Shown: positions 39,643 through 49,994 of the stretch, in pieces
How positions within the stretch are numbered: the stretch's first letter is position 1
How the letters are laid out: every line of letters begins with the position of its first letter
Origin: Prochlorococcus sp. AG-363-P15
Lineage (GTDB): Bacteria > Cyanobacteriota > Cyanobacteriia > PCC-6307 > Cyanobiaceae
DNA: 64,000 nt
NCBI GenBank assembly: GCA_003278175.1
Contig: QCGF01000001.1
Span: 16,307-80,306, forward strand
Direction of reading: 5' to 3'
Notes under the pieces: model-generated
What the model was told of the DNA's origin: nothing
What the model saw: only the letters and a program-made list of their open reading frames with translations
Database searches by the model: none
Position numbers and translations under genes: made by a program

Positions 39643-40214
39643 CATTTGACTCGGGCATCTTTGGGAAATCACTTAATTAAGCAAGGAAGCGTTAAGTCCA
39701 TGGTATTGAATTCAGTTATAGTAGAGGCTTTCCTTGACAGATCTGATTTGTCTTTAGTTAAGAGTGGCTATTTGCTTGGTTTAGAAAGGGATTTTCATAG
39801 ACTTTCTTGAATGATTTGACCGATTGATAAACAATCAAACTGCTAATGATTAGGCTTGACTTCTATTGCAGTAGTTTTATATTTAAAAACATTGAAATGT
39901 CAGAGGGGTTTCAACTTAGATTGAATTTTCAAGGTTTTAGCCTTGCTGAAGGAATTATTTTTTCAGTGCTTGACTAGAGAATTGAAGGAGGGTTTGAACA
40001 TGAACCATGCTGGCCAAGGATTTTCATGAGTAGAAATTCTTGCTATGAAGCACTAGTGATTAGATCTGGCCAATTTTGTTCTAATTAGGTCATTTTGCGG
40101 ATTTACTAGAGGGAGTAGAAAGCAATATTAAAACCTATATAAAATGGATTGAAGTAAATGCTCTTGGCAATATTTTTCCATTATTTACTTAGTAAAGTTG
40201 AGTAAAGAGATAGA

Positions 40215-41240
40215 ATGACGCTGATGAAATATTTCATGAACCATTCCCACCCTAGAACTTTTGGCTTGTTATCAAAGCTTGCCAATAAGAATAAGATCAA
40301 GCTAACTACTTTAAATGTAGATAATTTGTTGAAAGATCTTTGCCTTAGGATTCGTGTAAAGTCAGATGATTGTGATCACCTTTTAACTGAGATTGATATA
40401 CCTTGTACCTTAGATGATGACAGTAATAATGTTAAAAGAATACTTAATTGTTTTTCTTTTTGGCTGCCATATTGCTTGGCTATTTACTCCAAAGTTAAAT
40501 ACCCCTTCTCTCTTTGCCTCAATGCAAGTGATTGGGGAACTACTGATTTTCTTTCGATGACATGCAAAGATGTGAAGAATATTATCCCAGATGAATACGC
40601 AATGTTTGAAAGTAATAAACTGGGAAAAGATATTAATTGGAAGAGTTTTGATCACTTTTACTCTACTTGGAAGAAGCGTATAGATTCAATATTTTGGAGA
40701 GGTAGTACCACTGGAATGCCAATATATTCTATTCACTCTTTAACTAAACTTAAGCGAGTCAAGGTATCATTACTGTATCAAAATCAAAATGGATTTGATA
40801 TTCGTATAAGTAGCATTGTTCAAAATAAGATTCCAAAGCAAATTATTCGCCAATGGCTTCGTCAGAACAATATATTTGGAAGAAGAGTGGGGGAAAATAG
40901 ATTCAAGGATTTTAAATATTATCCTGACATTCCAGGTAATAATGAGTTATGTGGTTCTTGGGGAACTGTCCGCAAATTTCATAGGGGTAATTTGATCTTT
41001 AAGCCAGATCATGAAAGCAAAATGTTTTATGATCAATTCATGAGTCCATGGGAACATTTTATTCCTGTGGACCCTGAATTTTTAGACTTGCCTGATAAAT
41101 TGACTTGGGCCAGAGAGAATGAATATGAATCTGCTAAAATTGCGTGGCAAGGATTTTTAATTGTTGATCATTATTTAAGGAATATAAAAGATCATTTTAT
41201 AGACACTGCAGTTCAGAAGATACAACCATTAAAAAAATAA
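40215..41240 (+). CDS. Glycosyltransferase family 90 (CAP10-like)
   Basis: IFWRGSTTG and 'PWEHFIPV..DLxDKLxWA..N..AKIA'. Confidence 0.85.
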   Translation: MTLMKYFMNHSHPRTFGLLSKLANKNKIKLTTLNVDNLLKDLCLRIRVKSDDCDHLLTEIDIPCTLDDDSNNVKRILNCFSFWLPYCLAIYSKVKYPFSLCLNASDWGTTDFLSMTCKDVKNIIPDEYAMFESNKLGKDINWKSFDHFYSTWKKRIDSIFWRGSTTGMPIYSIHSLTKLKRVKVSLLYQNQNGFDIRISSIVQNKIPKQIIRQWLRQNNIFGRRVGENRFKDFKYYPDIPGNNELCGSWGTVRKFHRGNLIFKPDHESKMFYDQFMSPWEHFIPVDPEFLDLPDKLTWARENEYESAKIAWQGFLIVDHYLRNIKDHFIDTAVQKIQPLKK

Positions 41241-41468
41241 GTTGAATTTTAGGACATAAATATTAGATCCAAATTGCATCGTTAACCATCTTATTTAATT
41301 TTAAATTTATAAAATTTTGTTTATAACTATGATGTAATGATTGAATTAATATTGAAAACGTCTTCTGCTCATGAAATGCAAAGATTAAGCGATCGGTTGC
41401 TATACTGGCTCTTGAGTGGAGAAAGTTGGCTTGTCAAGCAATAAATTCAGGTAACATTAGGTCCATAT

Positions 41469-43286
41469 GTGCCTATTTTAAGCAGTCACACGCTCTATAA
41501 GCTTAGGCGTTTATTGCGGGTTCTTCCTCGCAGACGTTTAAATTCATTTTGTTTTGGCGTTTTACCATTATCAGTCTTAAGTGGACTAGTGGACTTGGCA
41601 ACAGTGGCAGTTGCAGGCCGTTTGGCGAGCTCATTAGTAGGTAATGATTTAAAAGATTCTATTCCTGGGGTGCAAATTTTTGACCCTAACGTAGGAGGAC
41701 AACCAATTAGATTAGTAGTTATTCTTGTGATTTTAAGTTGGGGCGGCTCTATCTCTAAGTTATTACGATTGGTATTTGTTCAGAGATTGACATCACAAGT
41801 TTGGAGAGATATCTCTAATAAAATAGTCAAGAAAGTGATAGGTCAACCCTATGATTATTTTTTAGAAGCGAAAAGTTCATCTATTTCTTCTTTGCTAGTA
41901 GTTAATATTCAGAAAATTACATATCGGGTTATCTATCCGATAATGCTAATTATCAGTAGCAGCATTGTAATGCTTTCAATCGCAATTGCTTTGTCAATTT
42001 CATTGGGCATACAAGCTTTAGCATTAATTATTTTCTTAGGTATATGTTTTTTCATAATATCTTCTCTTGTTGTACCCTATCTTCGTCACGCACAAAAACA
42101 GCGTATAAGATTAGATGCTCTGGCTACTTCTATTCTAAATCAAATTTTTTACTCTATTCGTGATATACATTTAACTCAAACAAGCGATTATTTTGAATCG
42201 AGATTTGTAAGTGTAGGTGAGACAGCAAGAAGATTTCAATGGAAGTCAGATCTTTTACCAGATTTGCCGAAATTATTAATAGAACCGTTATTTATAACAC
42301 TTGTTTTTATAACTGCATTATTGCCTATATATATAGGATCAGATGTTACTAATTATGCTGCAACTATCATACCATTTATTGCCACCTTTGTAGTAGCGGC
42401 AGTCAAAATAACTCCACCACTGCAGGATCTTTTTAGATCACTTACTACAGTTAGAGGAAGCCTGCCGGGTATTGACTCTGCATTGGAATATTTAGAATTG
42501 CCTGACCCTAAAAGAGGTTTTATACCTAAGGGAAGTTTATCCCCTGAAGGAATATTTCCACGTAGAGAAATATCTTTACACAATATAGGTTATAAGTATC
42601 CAGGTTCTGAACAGAGTACTTTACGTTCTATATCTATGAATGTTCCAGTAGGGTCAAGAATAGCTCTTATGGGACCAACAGGTAGTGGAAAGTCAACACT
42701 TTCAAATCTTCTTTTGGGTCATTTAGAACCAATCACTGGACAAATTAGGTTAGATGGAATTCCTTTGGAGTCTTGTGACTTATTAGCTTGGCAACGTTGC
42801 TGTTCAGAAGTCCCTCAAAATATAAATCTTCTAGATGCAAGTATTCTTCAAAATATTGCATTTGGATGTTCTGAAGATAATCTAAATTTAGATGATGTTT
42901 GGGATGCAATTGAAGCAGCTCAACTATATGATGTTGTCACTGAAATGCCTCATGGCCTATATACCTGCATAGGTGAAAATGGCCTGAATCTGTCTGGTGG
43001 TCAGCGGCAAAGACTTGCGTTGGCTAGACTTTTTTATAGAAAAACAAAATTTCTCATTCTTGATGAAGCAACTAGTTCATTAGATGCAAAAACTGAAAGT
43101 AATGTCATCAACTCATTGGAAATAGTTGGGAGAAGATGCACTGTCGTTGTGATTGCACATAGACTCAATACACTTGCTAAGTGTGATTATATTTATGAAA
43201 TAAATAGTGGGTTGATAGTTTCCTCTGGAACATATCAGGATTTATGCGACGCAAATCACCCTTTAGGTAATACTGTAAAAGTATAA
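41469..43286 (+). CDS. ABC transporter, fused permease/ATPase (MsbA/PglK-like, probable glycan flippase)
   Basis: N-terminal TM domain, GPTGSGKST, LSGGQRQR, LDEATS and IAHRL. Confidence 0.9.
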   Translation: MPILSSHTLYKLRRLLRVLPRRRLNSFCFGVLPLSVLSGLVDLATVAVAGRLASSLVGNDLKDSIPGVQIFDPNVGGQPIRLVVILVILSWGGSISKLLRLVFVQRLTSQVWRDISNKIVKKVIGQPYDYFLEAKSSSISSLLVVNIQKITYRVIYPIMLIISSSIVMLSIAIALSISLGIQALALIIFLGICFFIISSLVVPYLRHAQKQRIRLDALATSILNQIFYSIRDIHLTQTSDYFESRFVSVGETARRFQWKSDLLPDLPKLLIEPLFITLVFITALLPIYIGSDVTNYAATIIPFIATFVVAAVKITPPLQDLFRSLTTVRGSLPGIDSALEYLELPDPKRGFIPKGSLSPEGIFPRREISLHNIGYKYPGSEQSTLRSISMNVPVGSRIALMGPTGSGKSTLSNLLLGHLEPITGQIRLDGIPLESCDLLAWQRCCSEVPQNINLLDASILQNIAFGCSEDNLNLDDVWDAIEAAQLYDVVTEMPHGLYTCIGENGLNLSGGQRQRLALARLFYRKTKFLILDEATSSLDAKTESNVINSLEIVGRRCTVVVIAHRLNTLAKCDYIYEINSGLIVSSGTYQDLCDANHPLGNTVKV

Positions 43287-43325
43287 TGAAATGAAAAGAT
43301 TGAAGCCAAATCAAAATACCTTCCA

Positions 43326-43988
43326 ATGATTTCTCCTAGCAATAGTAATCATCATGTTTTAATTTTGTCTTGCAAGAAAGAATTAAAAAAATCAGTTTTA
43401 AGCAGACCTGCTTTATTCCTCGATCGAGATGGTGTACTTATTGAGGATAAACATTACCTTAGTAATCCATATGATGTAGAATTGATTGATGGTGCCTCAG
43501 AGCTACTTTATGAATGTAATAAAATAGGTATCCCAACAATTATAGTTACTAATCAATCCGGTATAAACCGTGGATATTATTCTTGGAACGATTATGAAAA
43601 AGTAACGTATAAGCTTCTCAAATTACTTGGAAAGTCTTCGTTGCCTTCTGCAATATATGGAAATAGCCTAGTTGAAAGCAACTCATTAGAAAGTTGGAGA
43701 AAGCCTGGTATTGGAATGCTTTTAGCTGCAAAGAAAGATTTAGATATTGATCTAAATAACTCTATTTTGATAGGAGATAGACTTTCTGACTTAATAGCAG
43801 CTCATTCGGCGAATCTTTCTAGTGTTGTACATGTTTTAACTGGCCATGGCTTAGTGGAGAGAAGCTTTGTGAAGTCAAGATTTAATGAATCGAAGCAATC
43901 TTTCTCTGAGGATTCAATTTTTCCTAAATTAATTTGCACCCATAATGTCAAGAGCTTTTTGGAAGATCATTTCTTTTCAACCTTCTGA
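43326..43988 (+). CDS. gmhB: Heptose-bisphosphate phosphatase, HAD-IIIA
   Basis: FLDRDGV, VTNQSG, RKP and IGDRLSD. The usual Zn-binding Cys residues are absent. Confidence 0.85.
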   Translation: MISPSNSNHHVLILSCKKELKKSVLSRPALFLDRDGVLIEDKHYLSNPYDVELIDGASELLYECNKIGIPTIIVTNQSGINRGYYSWNDYEKVTYKLLKLLGKSSLPSAIYGNSLVESNSLESWRKPGIGMLLAAKKDLDIDLNNSILIGDRLSDLIAAHSANLSSVVHVLTGHGLVERSFVKSRFNESKQSFSEDSIFPKLICTHNVKSFLEDHFFSTF

Positions 43989-44391
43989 TGTCAGGAGTAT
44001 GATTGTACTTTCTTGTTGATCATTGGGCGGTCAATATTAAACTTGTAAATTACTATGTCACGATTACCCATTGTGATTTATGACAGTATAAAATTAGTAA
44101 AGATTTGATCCAAATTAAAAATTTGGCAGAATTATCTTGGTCTGATATTTCACTCCAATTTGGATTGAGAAGTTATATTTATAAGCTTTTTATTGTTTTA
44201 CCTTTAGTAGATAATTACTTGCCTCCCCTTATATTTGATATAAAGAATCATATCGCTGGCGAGTATTCACTTTTACCAGAAGAATCTAATTTGACCATGC
44301 TATCAAAATTCAATTTCGAAAAATTTTCTATGATTCTTAATGTTGATTGCTTCACTTCAATGATAATTAGTGTATCTAAAAATAGTTTTAT

Positions 44392-45123
44392 ATGAAAAAT
44401 AAACTTAATGCTTTACTGCTTTCTGCTGGATACGGAACACGTTTGCGACCTTTAACACTCAAAACACCAAAATGTTTAGTGGAGATTAATGGCCAGCCTT
44501 TATTAGATCATTGGCTGACAAACCTTAATGGATTAGGAGTAAGTAAAACATTGATTAACACTCATTATCTTAATTCTAAAGTAGACGATTTTTTATCCAA
44601 TCGCAGTTATGGAGATATGTCGGTAGAGACAATATATGAGCATACTTTATTAGGTACTGCAGGCACACTTATAGAGAACAAAGAATTCTTTGAATTTTCT
44701 ACAGGACTATTGATTCACTCCGATAATTTTAGTTATGTAAACCTAAGTGATTTCGTTGATGCTCATTATAGAAGACCTCCAAAATGCTTGCTTACGATGC
44801 TCACTTTTAAAACATTCAATCCAGTAAGCTGCGGAATAGTTGAGACTGATAACGATGGCGTAGTTACGAGTTACCATGAGAAAGTCGGCAATCCACCTAC
44901 TGACATAGCTAATGGAGCAATTTATGTGTTTGACTTGCCTTTTGTGGAGTGGTTGATCAAGAATCATTCGAATGCAAGTGATTTCAGTACTGAGATACTG
45001 CCTAAACTTGTAGGGAGGATATACACTTGGCATACGTACCAGCCATATATCGATATTGGAACTCCCGAAGCCTTAAAACAGGCAATAGCTCTTTCTAAGG
45101 AAAAAAATTTGGGTATTTCATAA
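44392..45123 (+). CDS. Sugar-1-phosphate nucleotidyltransferase (HddC-like)
   Basis: LSAGYGTRLRPLT..PK, LLGTAG and DIGTPE. Confidence 0.88.
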   Translation: MKNKLNALLLSAGYGTRLRPLTLKTPKCLVEINGQPLLDHWLTNLNGLGVSKTLINTHYLNSKVDDFLSNRSYGDMSVETIYEHTLLGTAGTLIENKEFFEFSTGLLIHSDNFSYVNLSDFVDAHYRRPPKCLLTMLTFKTFNPVSCGIVETDNDGVVTSYHEKVGNPPTDIANGAIYVFDLPFVEWLIKNHSNASDFSTEILPKLVGRIYTWHTYQPYIDIGTPEALKQAIALSKEKNLGIS

Positions 45124-45125
45124 AA

Positions 45126-45725
45126 ATGAAACTTTTTAGAGACAACTCCAAAGCATATCTTGAAATTTTAGGATCTTGCTTTACCGAGGATATTCTCTCT
45201 ATGGTTGAAATACTTGCGAATGATTTACTTAGTGCCTGGATTGAAGAGCGAAATGTTTTTATCTGTGGGAATGGTGGAAGTGCAGCTAATGCAATACATA
45301 TAGCAAATGATTTGCATTATGGAATTGGAGCTTGTGGTCCAGGAACAAAGATTCCTGGGCTTATGGTTGAAGCCTTGACGGCAAATCAAGGAATTGTGAC
45401 ATGTCTTGCGAATGATATTGGTTATGACAATATTTTTTCTCACCAACTTCAAGTAAAAGGAAAATCAAATGACTTGGTTATAATGTTGTCTGGTAGTGGA
45501 AATTCTCTAAATATAATCAAAGCATTAGAAGTATCTCGCAACATGGGCTTAAAGACTTATGCAATACTTGCCTATAATGGAGGAAAATGTAAAGATATGG
45601 CTGATCAAGCCATACATTTTCCTGTTAATGATATGCAAATAGCAGAAGACACTCAATTGATTATTGGACATTTGTGCATGCAATGGTTGAATAATAACAA
45701 ACCTCAGAAAAATCAATTAAAATAA
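45126..45725 (+). CDS. gmhA: Phosphoheptose isomerase-like SIS protein
   Basis: CGNGGSAA, ANDxGY and SGSGNS. Confidence 0.85.
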   Translation: MKLFRDNSKAYLEILGSCFTEDILSMVEILANDLLSAWIEERNVFICGNGGSAANAIHIANDLHYGIGACGPGTKIPGLMVEALTANQGIVTCLANDIGYDNIFSHQLQVKGKSNDLVIMLSGSGNSLNIIKALEVSRNMGLKTYAILAYNGGKCKDMADQAIHFPVNDMQIAEDTQLIIGHLCMQWLNNNKPQKNQLK

Positions 45726-46396
45726 TGGCAGAAATTGATTTTATGAGTGCTTTACATAAGAGCACATCTCGTGATTACTTGGCAAGGGTTAATGATCCTG
45801 AGTATCCAAAAGCAAAGGCAGCTCAATTAGCTAAGAAATTTGATTATGATTATTGGGATGGTGATCGGAGAATTTGTTATGGTGGTTATCGTTATATTGA
45901 AGGTCGTTGGAAAATAATTGCAGAAGCTATGGCAAAACATTATAAATTAAAATCTAATGCGAAAATATTAGATATAGGCTGCGGTAAGGGTTACTTGTTG
46001 TTCGATTTCCTCAAAGTTTTACCTCAAGCACAAATTTTCGGCTTAGATATATCGACTTATGCGATAACTAATAGTAAACCTGAGATAACGAATTCACTAA
46101 CTATTGGAAATGCAATTGCTTTACCTTGGCCAGATAATTACTTTGATTTAGTTATTTCAATTAATACTCTTCATTGCTTGCCAGCTTATGATCTTGATCT
46201 TGCCCTGAGAGAAATGGAGCGAGTCGGTAAAAAAAATAAGTATCTTTGTGTAGAGAGTTATCGTAATGAACAGGAGAAAGAAAATTTACTTTATTGGCAG
46301 GTTACTTGTGAAGCCATCAATAGTCCAGCTGAATGGAATTGGTGGTTTAAGAATACAGAATATAAAGGTGATTATTCATATATATATTTTGAATGA
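45725..46396 (+). CDS. Class I SAM-dependent methyltransferase
   Basis: ILDIGCGKG, GLDIS and LPWPDNYFDLV. Confidence 0.88.
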   Translation: MAEIDFMSALHKSTSRDYLARVNDPEYPKAKAAQLAKKFDYDYWDGDRRICYGGYRYIEGRWKIIAEAMAKHYKLKSNAKILDIGCGKGYLLFDFLKVLPQAQIFGLDISTYAITNSKPEITNSLTIGNAIALPWPDNYFDLVISINTLHCLPAYDLDLALREMERVGKKNKYLCVESYRNEQEKENLLYWQVTCEAINSPAEWNWWFKNTEYKGDYSYIYFE

Positions 46397-47469
46397 CCAA
46401 TTTCTCAGCTAATCCTCTAAAAAATCTTCCTAGGACGACTCAAGCTGCCATTTTGGTGGGACAAAATCAACCACTACAGCTTGAGGAAATAGAATTGCCT
46501 AATGACTTATTAGCTGGTCAGGTACTAGTGCGAGTACATGTAAGTGGTATATGTGGGTCTCAACTTGGCGAAATATCTGGAGCCAAAGGATTAGATCCAT
46601 ACTTGCCACATTTAATGGGTCATGAAGGTTGTGCAACAGTGATCCAAGTTGGTCCAGGGGTAGAGACTGTTCAACCTGGTGACCTAGTAGTTTTGCATTG
46701 GCGAAAGGGTTTAGGCATTCAAGCTTCTCCACCCAAATATCGGTTTCAGGGCCAGAACATTAATGCTGGATGGGTTACCACCTTTAATACATATGCTGTG
46801 GTGAGTGAAAATCGCTGTACATCTGTACCTCCAAATACCCCAAAAGATGTAGCAGCTTTATTTGGTTGTGCTATTACCACAGGGTTTGGAGTAGTTGAGA
46901 ACAATGCCAAATTAAAGATGGGTGAGTCGATATTGATTTTTGGTGCTGGAGGAATAGGCTTGAACATTATTCAGGCAGCTTCTTTGATTAATGCCTATCC
47001 GATCATCGCAGTTGATCTAGTAGATGATCGACTAAATCTTGCGAGTTCTTTAGGGGCGACACATACTATTAATAATTCACAATCGGACATCAAAAATGAA
47101 CTTTTTAAAATAATTGGTAATCGTAAAATAGATGTTTTTATTGATAATACTGGCATACCAAATGTCATTGAATTTGGCTATGAAAACACGACTCAAGATG
47201 GAAGAATTATCTTAGTTGGTGTACCAAGGGTTGGAGAAAATATTAATATATTTTCTTTGCCACTTCACTTTGGAAAAACTTTAATAGGTTCTCATGGAGG
47301 CGAAACTAGACCTGAGAGAGATATTCCTAGATATTTAAATCTATTGAATAATGGTAGGGTAGAATTTGATAAATTAGTATCAGATCGCTTCTCTTTGAAG
47401 AGCATTAATGAAGCAATTGAATTTATGAAAAATGGTAAGTCATCAGGTCGAATACTTATTGATATATGA
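46393..47469 (+). CDS. Zinc-dependent alcohol dehydrogenase (MDR)
   Basis: GICGS, GHEG, GCAITTG and GAGGIG. The structural-Zn Cys cluster is absent. Confidence 0.9.
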   Translation: MTNFSANPLKNLPRTTQAAILVGQNQPLQLEEIELPNDLLAGQVLVRVHVSGICGSQLGEISGAKGLDPYLPHLMGHEGCATVIQVGPGVETVQPGDLVVLHWRKGLGIQASPPKYRFQGQNINAGWVTTFNTYAVVSENRCTSVPPNTPKDVAALFGCAITTGFGVVENNAKLKMGESILIFGAGGIGLNIIQAASLINAYPIIAVDLVDDRLNLASSLGATHTINNSQSDIKNELFKIIGNRKIDVFIDNTGIPNVIEFGYENTTQDGRIILVGVPRVGENINIFSLPLHFGKTLIGSHGGETRPERDIPRYLNLLNNGRVEFDKLVSDRFSLKSINEAIEFMKNGKSSGRILIDI

Positions 47470-48974
47470 ATACACCAGTTATACATTTAGATGAAGCCGT
47501 AAATATGTCTGGATGTGTTCTTGCATATGGACATTTTACAACCATTCATCCTGGTCACATTAGATATCTCAAGCATGCGAAAGATCTTGGTGAAAAGTTA
47601 GTAGTTGTTTTAATGGGAGACGAAAATAATAGTATAAGCCCAGAATTTCAATTTAATCAGAAAGAAAGAGCAGAGGCTTTAAGGCTTTTAGAAATGGTTG
47701 ATGCTGTTATTTTGTTACGACATAAGGAGTTATCTAAGGCCGTAAGTTTGCTTAAGCCTGATTTAATGGTCCTTGGAAATGAGTTTAAAAGTTCTTTAGA
47801 TAAAGATGTCAATGATGCGATAGATATCCTGCATCAAGCTGGAAAGAAAGTGACTTTTCATGCTGGCGATGTGCATTATGCCACGACAGATCTATTATCT
47901 ATATCAGAAAGAAAATTAGTTGAAAAAAGAAGACATCAATTTAGTCAAGCTTGTTCTAGACAAGGTGTAAAACTTGAACAACTACTTACATCGATAAACT
48001 CATGGAGTGAAACTAAATTAATTGTTTTAGGTGATACTATTGTTGATCAATATGCTGCTTGTGAAGCATTAGGAATGAGCGCGGAAGCACCTGTTGTAGT
48101 TGTTAAAGAACTTGAAAGGAAGAATTTTATAGGAGGTGCTGCAGTAGTTGCATCTCATATACGAGCTTTAGGTGCACAATGTTGCCTTTTATCTGTGGTT
48201 GGTAATGATGAAAGCGCACAAATTGTAAGAGAATCTATTAATGAGAGAGACATTTTTGATGCGATGGTGGTTGACCATTCACGACCAACAACATTTAAGA
48301 AAAGATATATTGTAGAAAATCAGAAGTTATTCAGAGTTAGTAGATTAGAGGAAAGATCAATAGACTGTCATATTGAAGACCAACTTATTCAGAGATTAGA
48401 AAAATTGGCTCCAACAGTGAAAGGCATAGTTATTTCTGATTTTGCGTATGGTGTTGTCACAGAAAGAGTTTTAGACGCAGTCAAGAAAATATCTAATCAG
48501 CATGGTTTGATGTTATTTGGTGATGTGCAATGCAGCAGTCAAGTTGGTTCTATATTAAGGTTCAAAAATTTTAACTTGCTTTGTCCAAATGAAAGAGAAG
48601 CGCGTATAGCTTTACAAGATAAGGATGCAGGACTAGAAAAGGTAAGTAATCAATTAATCAAAAAAACTAGCTGTAAAAACTTACTTATGAAGTTAGGCTC
48701 TGATGGTTTTATTGTATATGATAAAACTGATTTAAATAAATATATTAGCCAACCTTTCCCTGCTCTTTCGGCCAACCCAGTCGATGTAACTGGTGCAGGG
48801 GATTCATTATTGGCTGTTATGGCAACTGGAATTTCAAGTGGGCAATCCATGATGGAAACAGCAGCAATTGGTTGCTGTATGGCTGGCTTAGCTGTAGAAC
48901 AAATGGGTAATATCCCTATAGGTTTAAATGCTTTAGAAACTTCTATAAAAGAATCCTTCATTGAAATGGCATGA
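47466..48974 (+). CDS. Bifunctional nucleotidyltransferase (N-terminal)/PfkB sugar kinase (C-terminal), HldE/RfaE-like
   Basis: GHFxxIHPGH (HIGH-like), GGAAxV, ISDF, PNxxE and DVTGAGD. Confidence 0.88.
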   Translation: MNTPVIHLDEAVNMSGCVLAYGHFTTIHPGHIRYLKHAKDLGEKLVVVLMGDENNSISPEFQFNQKERAEALRLLEMVDAVILLRHKELSKAVSLLKPDLMVLGNEFKSSLDKDVNDAIDILHQAGKKVTFHAGDVHYATTDLLSISERKLVEKRRHQFSQACSRQGVKLEQLLTSINSWSETKLIVLGDTIVDQYAACEALGMSAEAPVVVVKELERKNFIGGAAVVASHIRALGAQCCLLSVVGNDESAQIVRESINERDIFDAMVVDHSRPTTFKKRYIVENQKLFRVSRLEERSIDCHIEDQLIQRLEKLAPTVKGIVISDFAYGVVTERVLDAVKKISNQHGLMLFGDVQCSSQVGSILRFKNFNLLCPNEREARIALQDKDAGLEKVSNQLIKKTSCKNLLMKLGSDGFIVYDKTDLNKYISQPFPALSANPVDVTGAGDSLLAVMATGISSGQSMMETAAIGCCMAGLAVEQMGNIPIGLNALETSIKESFIEMA

Positions 48975-49993
48975 ATGAAATTCGTTTTCTTGTTATAGGA
49001 AGTAATAGTTTTAGTGGTGCTCACTTTGTTGAAGAGTTGCTAAAACAAGGATTTCCTGTTTGGGCTGTAAGCAGATCTAATCAACCAGAAAGTGTTTTTC
49101 TACCTTATCTTTGGCGTTTGGATGAACCACAAAATTCTAGTACTCTAGAAAGAAATTTTAATTTTGAAAATATTAATTTAAATCATGAACTTCAGAAATT
49201 ATTAGATATTATTGATCGTAACCGTATAACACACATAGTCAATTTTGCTTCACAAGGAATGGTAGCAGAGAGTTGGTTAAATCCACTTGATTGGTATCAA
49301 ACTAACCTTTTATCACAAGTCGCATTACATGATGAATTAAGGAAACGACAATTTTTACAAAAGTATCTACATATTACGACTCCTGAGGTGTATGGAAGTA
49401 CTGATAATGGTTGGATAAAGGAAGGCGAAGCTTTCTCTCCTAGTACTCCATATGCTGTAAGTCGTGCAGCATGTGATTTACACCTTCAAAGTTTTTTTCA
49501 AGCTTATAATTTTCCTGTAGTCTTTACAAGAGCTGCTAATGTTTATGGCCCTGGCCAACAACTTTACAGAGTCATTCCAAGAGCAATGTTAAGTGCTCGA
49601 ACTGGAAAAAAATTTGAATTGCATGGGGGTGGTCTTTCTAAAAGATCTTTTATTCATATCAAAGATGTTGTCCAAGCAACTTTACTTTTGGCGTTAAATG
49701 CTGATTGTGGGACTACTTGGCATATCTCAACTAAGGAATCAATAACAATTAGAGGACTAGTTGAAAAAATCTGTAGGTTATGTTCTGTTGAGTTTGACTC
49801 TATTGTGAAAATAGGAGATGAGAGGCTTGGGAAAGACCAGAATTACCTATTAGATAGTAATAACCTTCGTTCTGCTTATGGTTGGTCTGAACAAATAAGT
49901 TTGGATATAGGTTTAGAACAAACCCTTGAATGGATTGATAGAAACCAGGAGCAACTAGTATCATTACCATGGACCTATAGCCACAAGCAATAA
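48971..49993 (+). CDS. NDP-sugar 4,6-dehydratase-like extended SDR
   Basis: GSNSFSG, TPEVYG, PSTPYAVSR and NVYGPGQ. Confidence 0.85.
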   Translation: MNEIRFLVIGSNSFSGAHFVEELLKQGFPVWAVSRSNQPESVFLPYLWRLDEPQNSSTLERNFNFENINLNHELQKLLDIIDRNRITHIVNFASQGMVAESWLNPLDWYQTNLLSQVALHDELRKRQFLQKYLHITTPEVYGSTDNGWIKEGEAFSPSTPYAVSRAACDLHLQSFFQAYNFPVVFTRAANVYGPGQQLYRVIPRAMLSARTGKKFELHGGGLSKRSFIHIKDVVQATLLLALNADCGTTWHISTKESITIRGLVEKICRLCSVEFDSIVKIGDERLGKDQNYLLDSNNLRSAYGWSEQISLDIGLEQTLEWIDRNQEQLVSLPWTYSHKQ

Positions 49994-49994
49994 A

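Noticed and set aside
39660-40214. Long intergenic stretch as a possible sRNA or pseudogene
   Set aside because: No recognisable RNA motif, strong hairpin or coding remnant.
44105-44395. 96-aa ORF before the nucleotidyltransferase
   Set aside because: TTG start, no recognisable motif, low-complexity AT-rich composition; probably a chance ORF in a promoter region.
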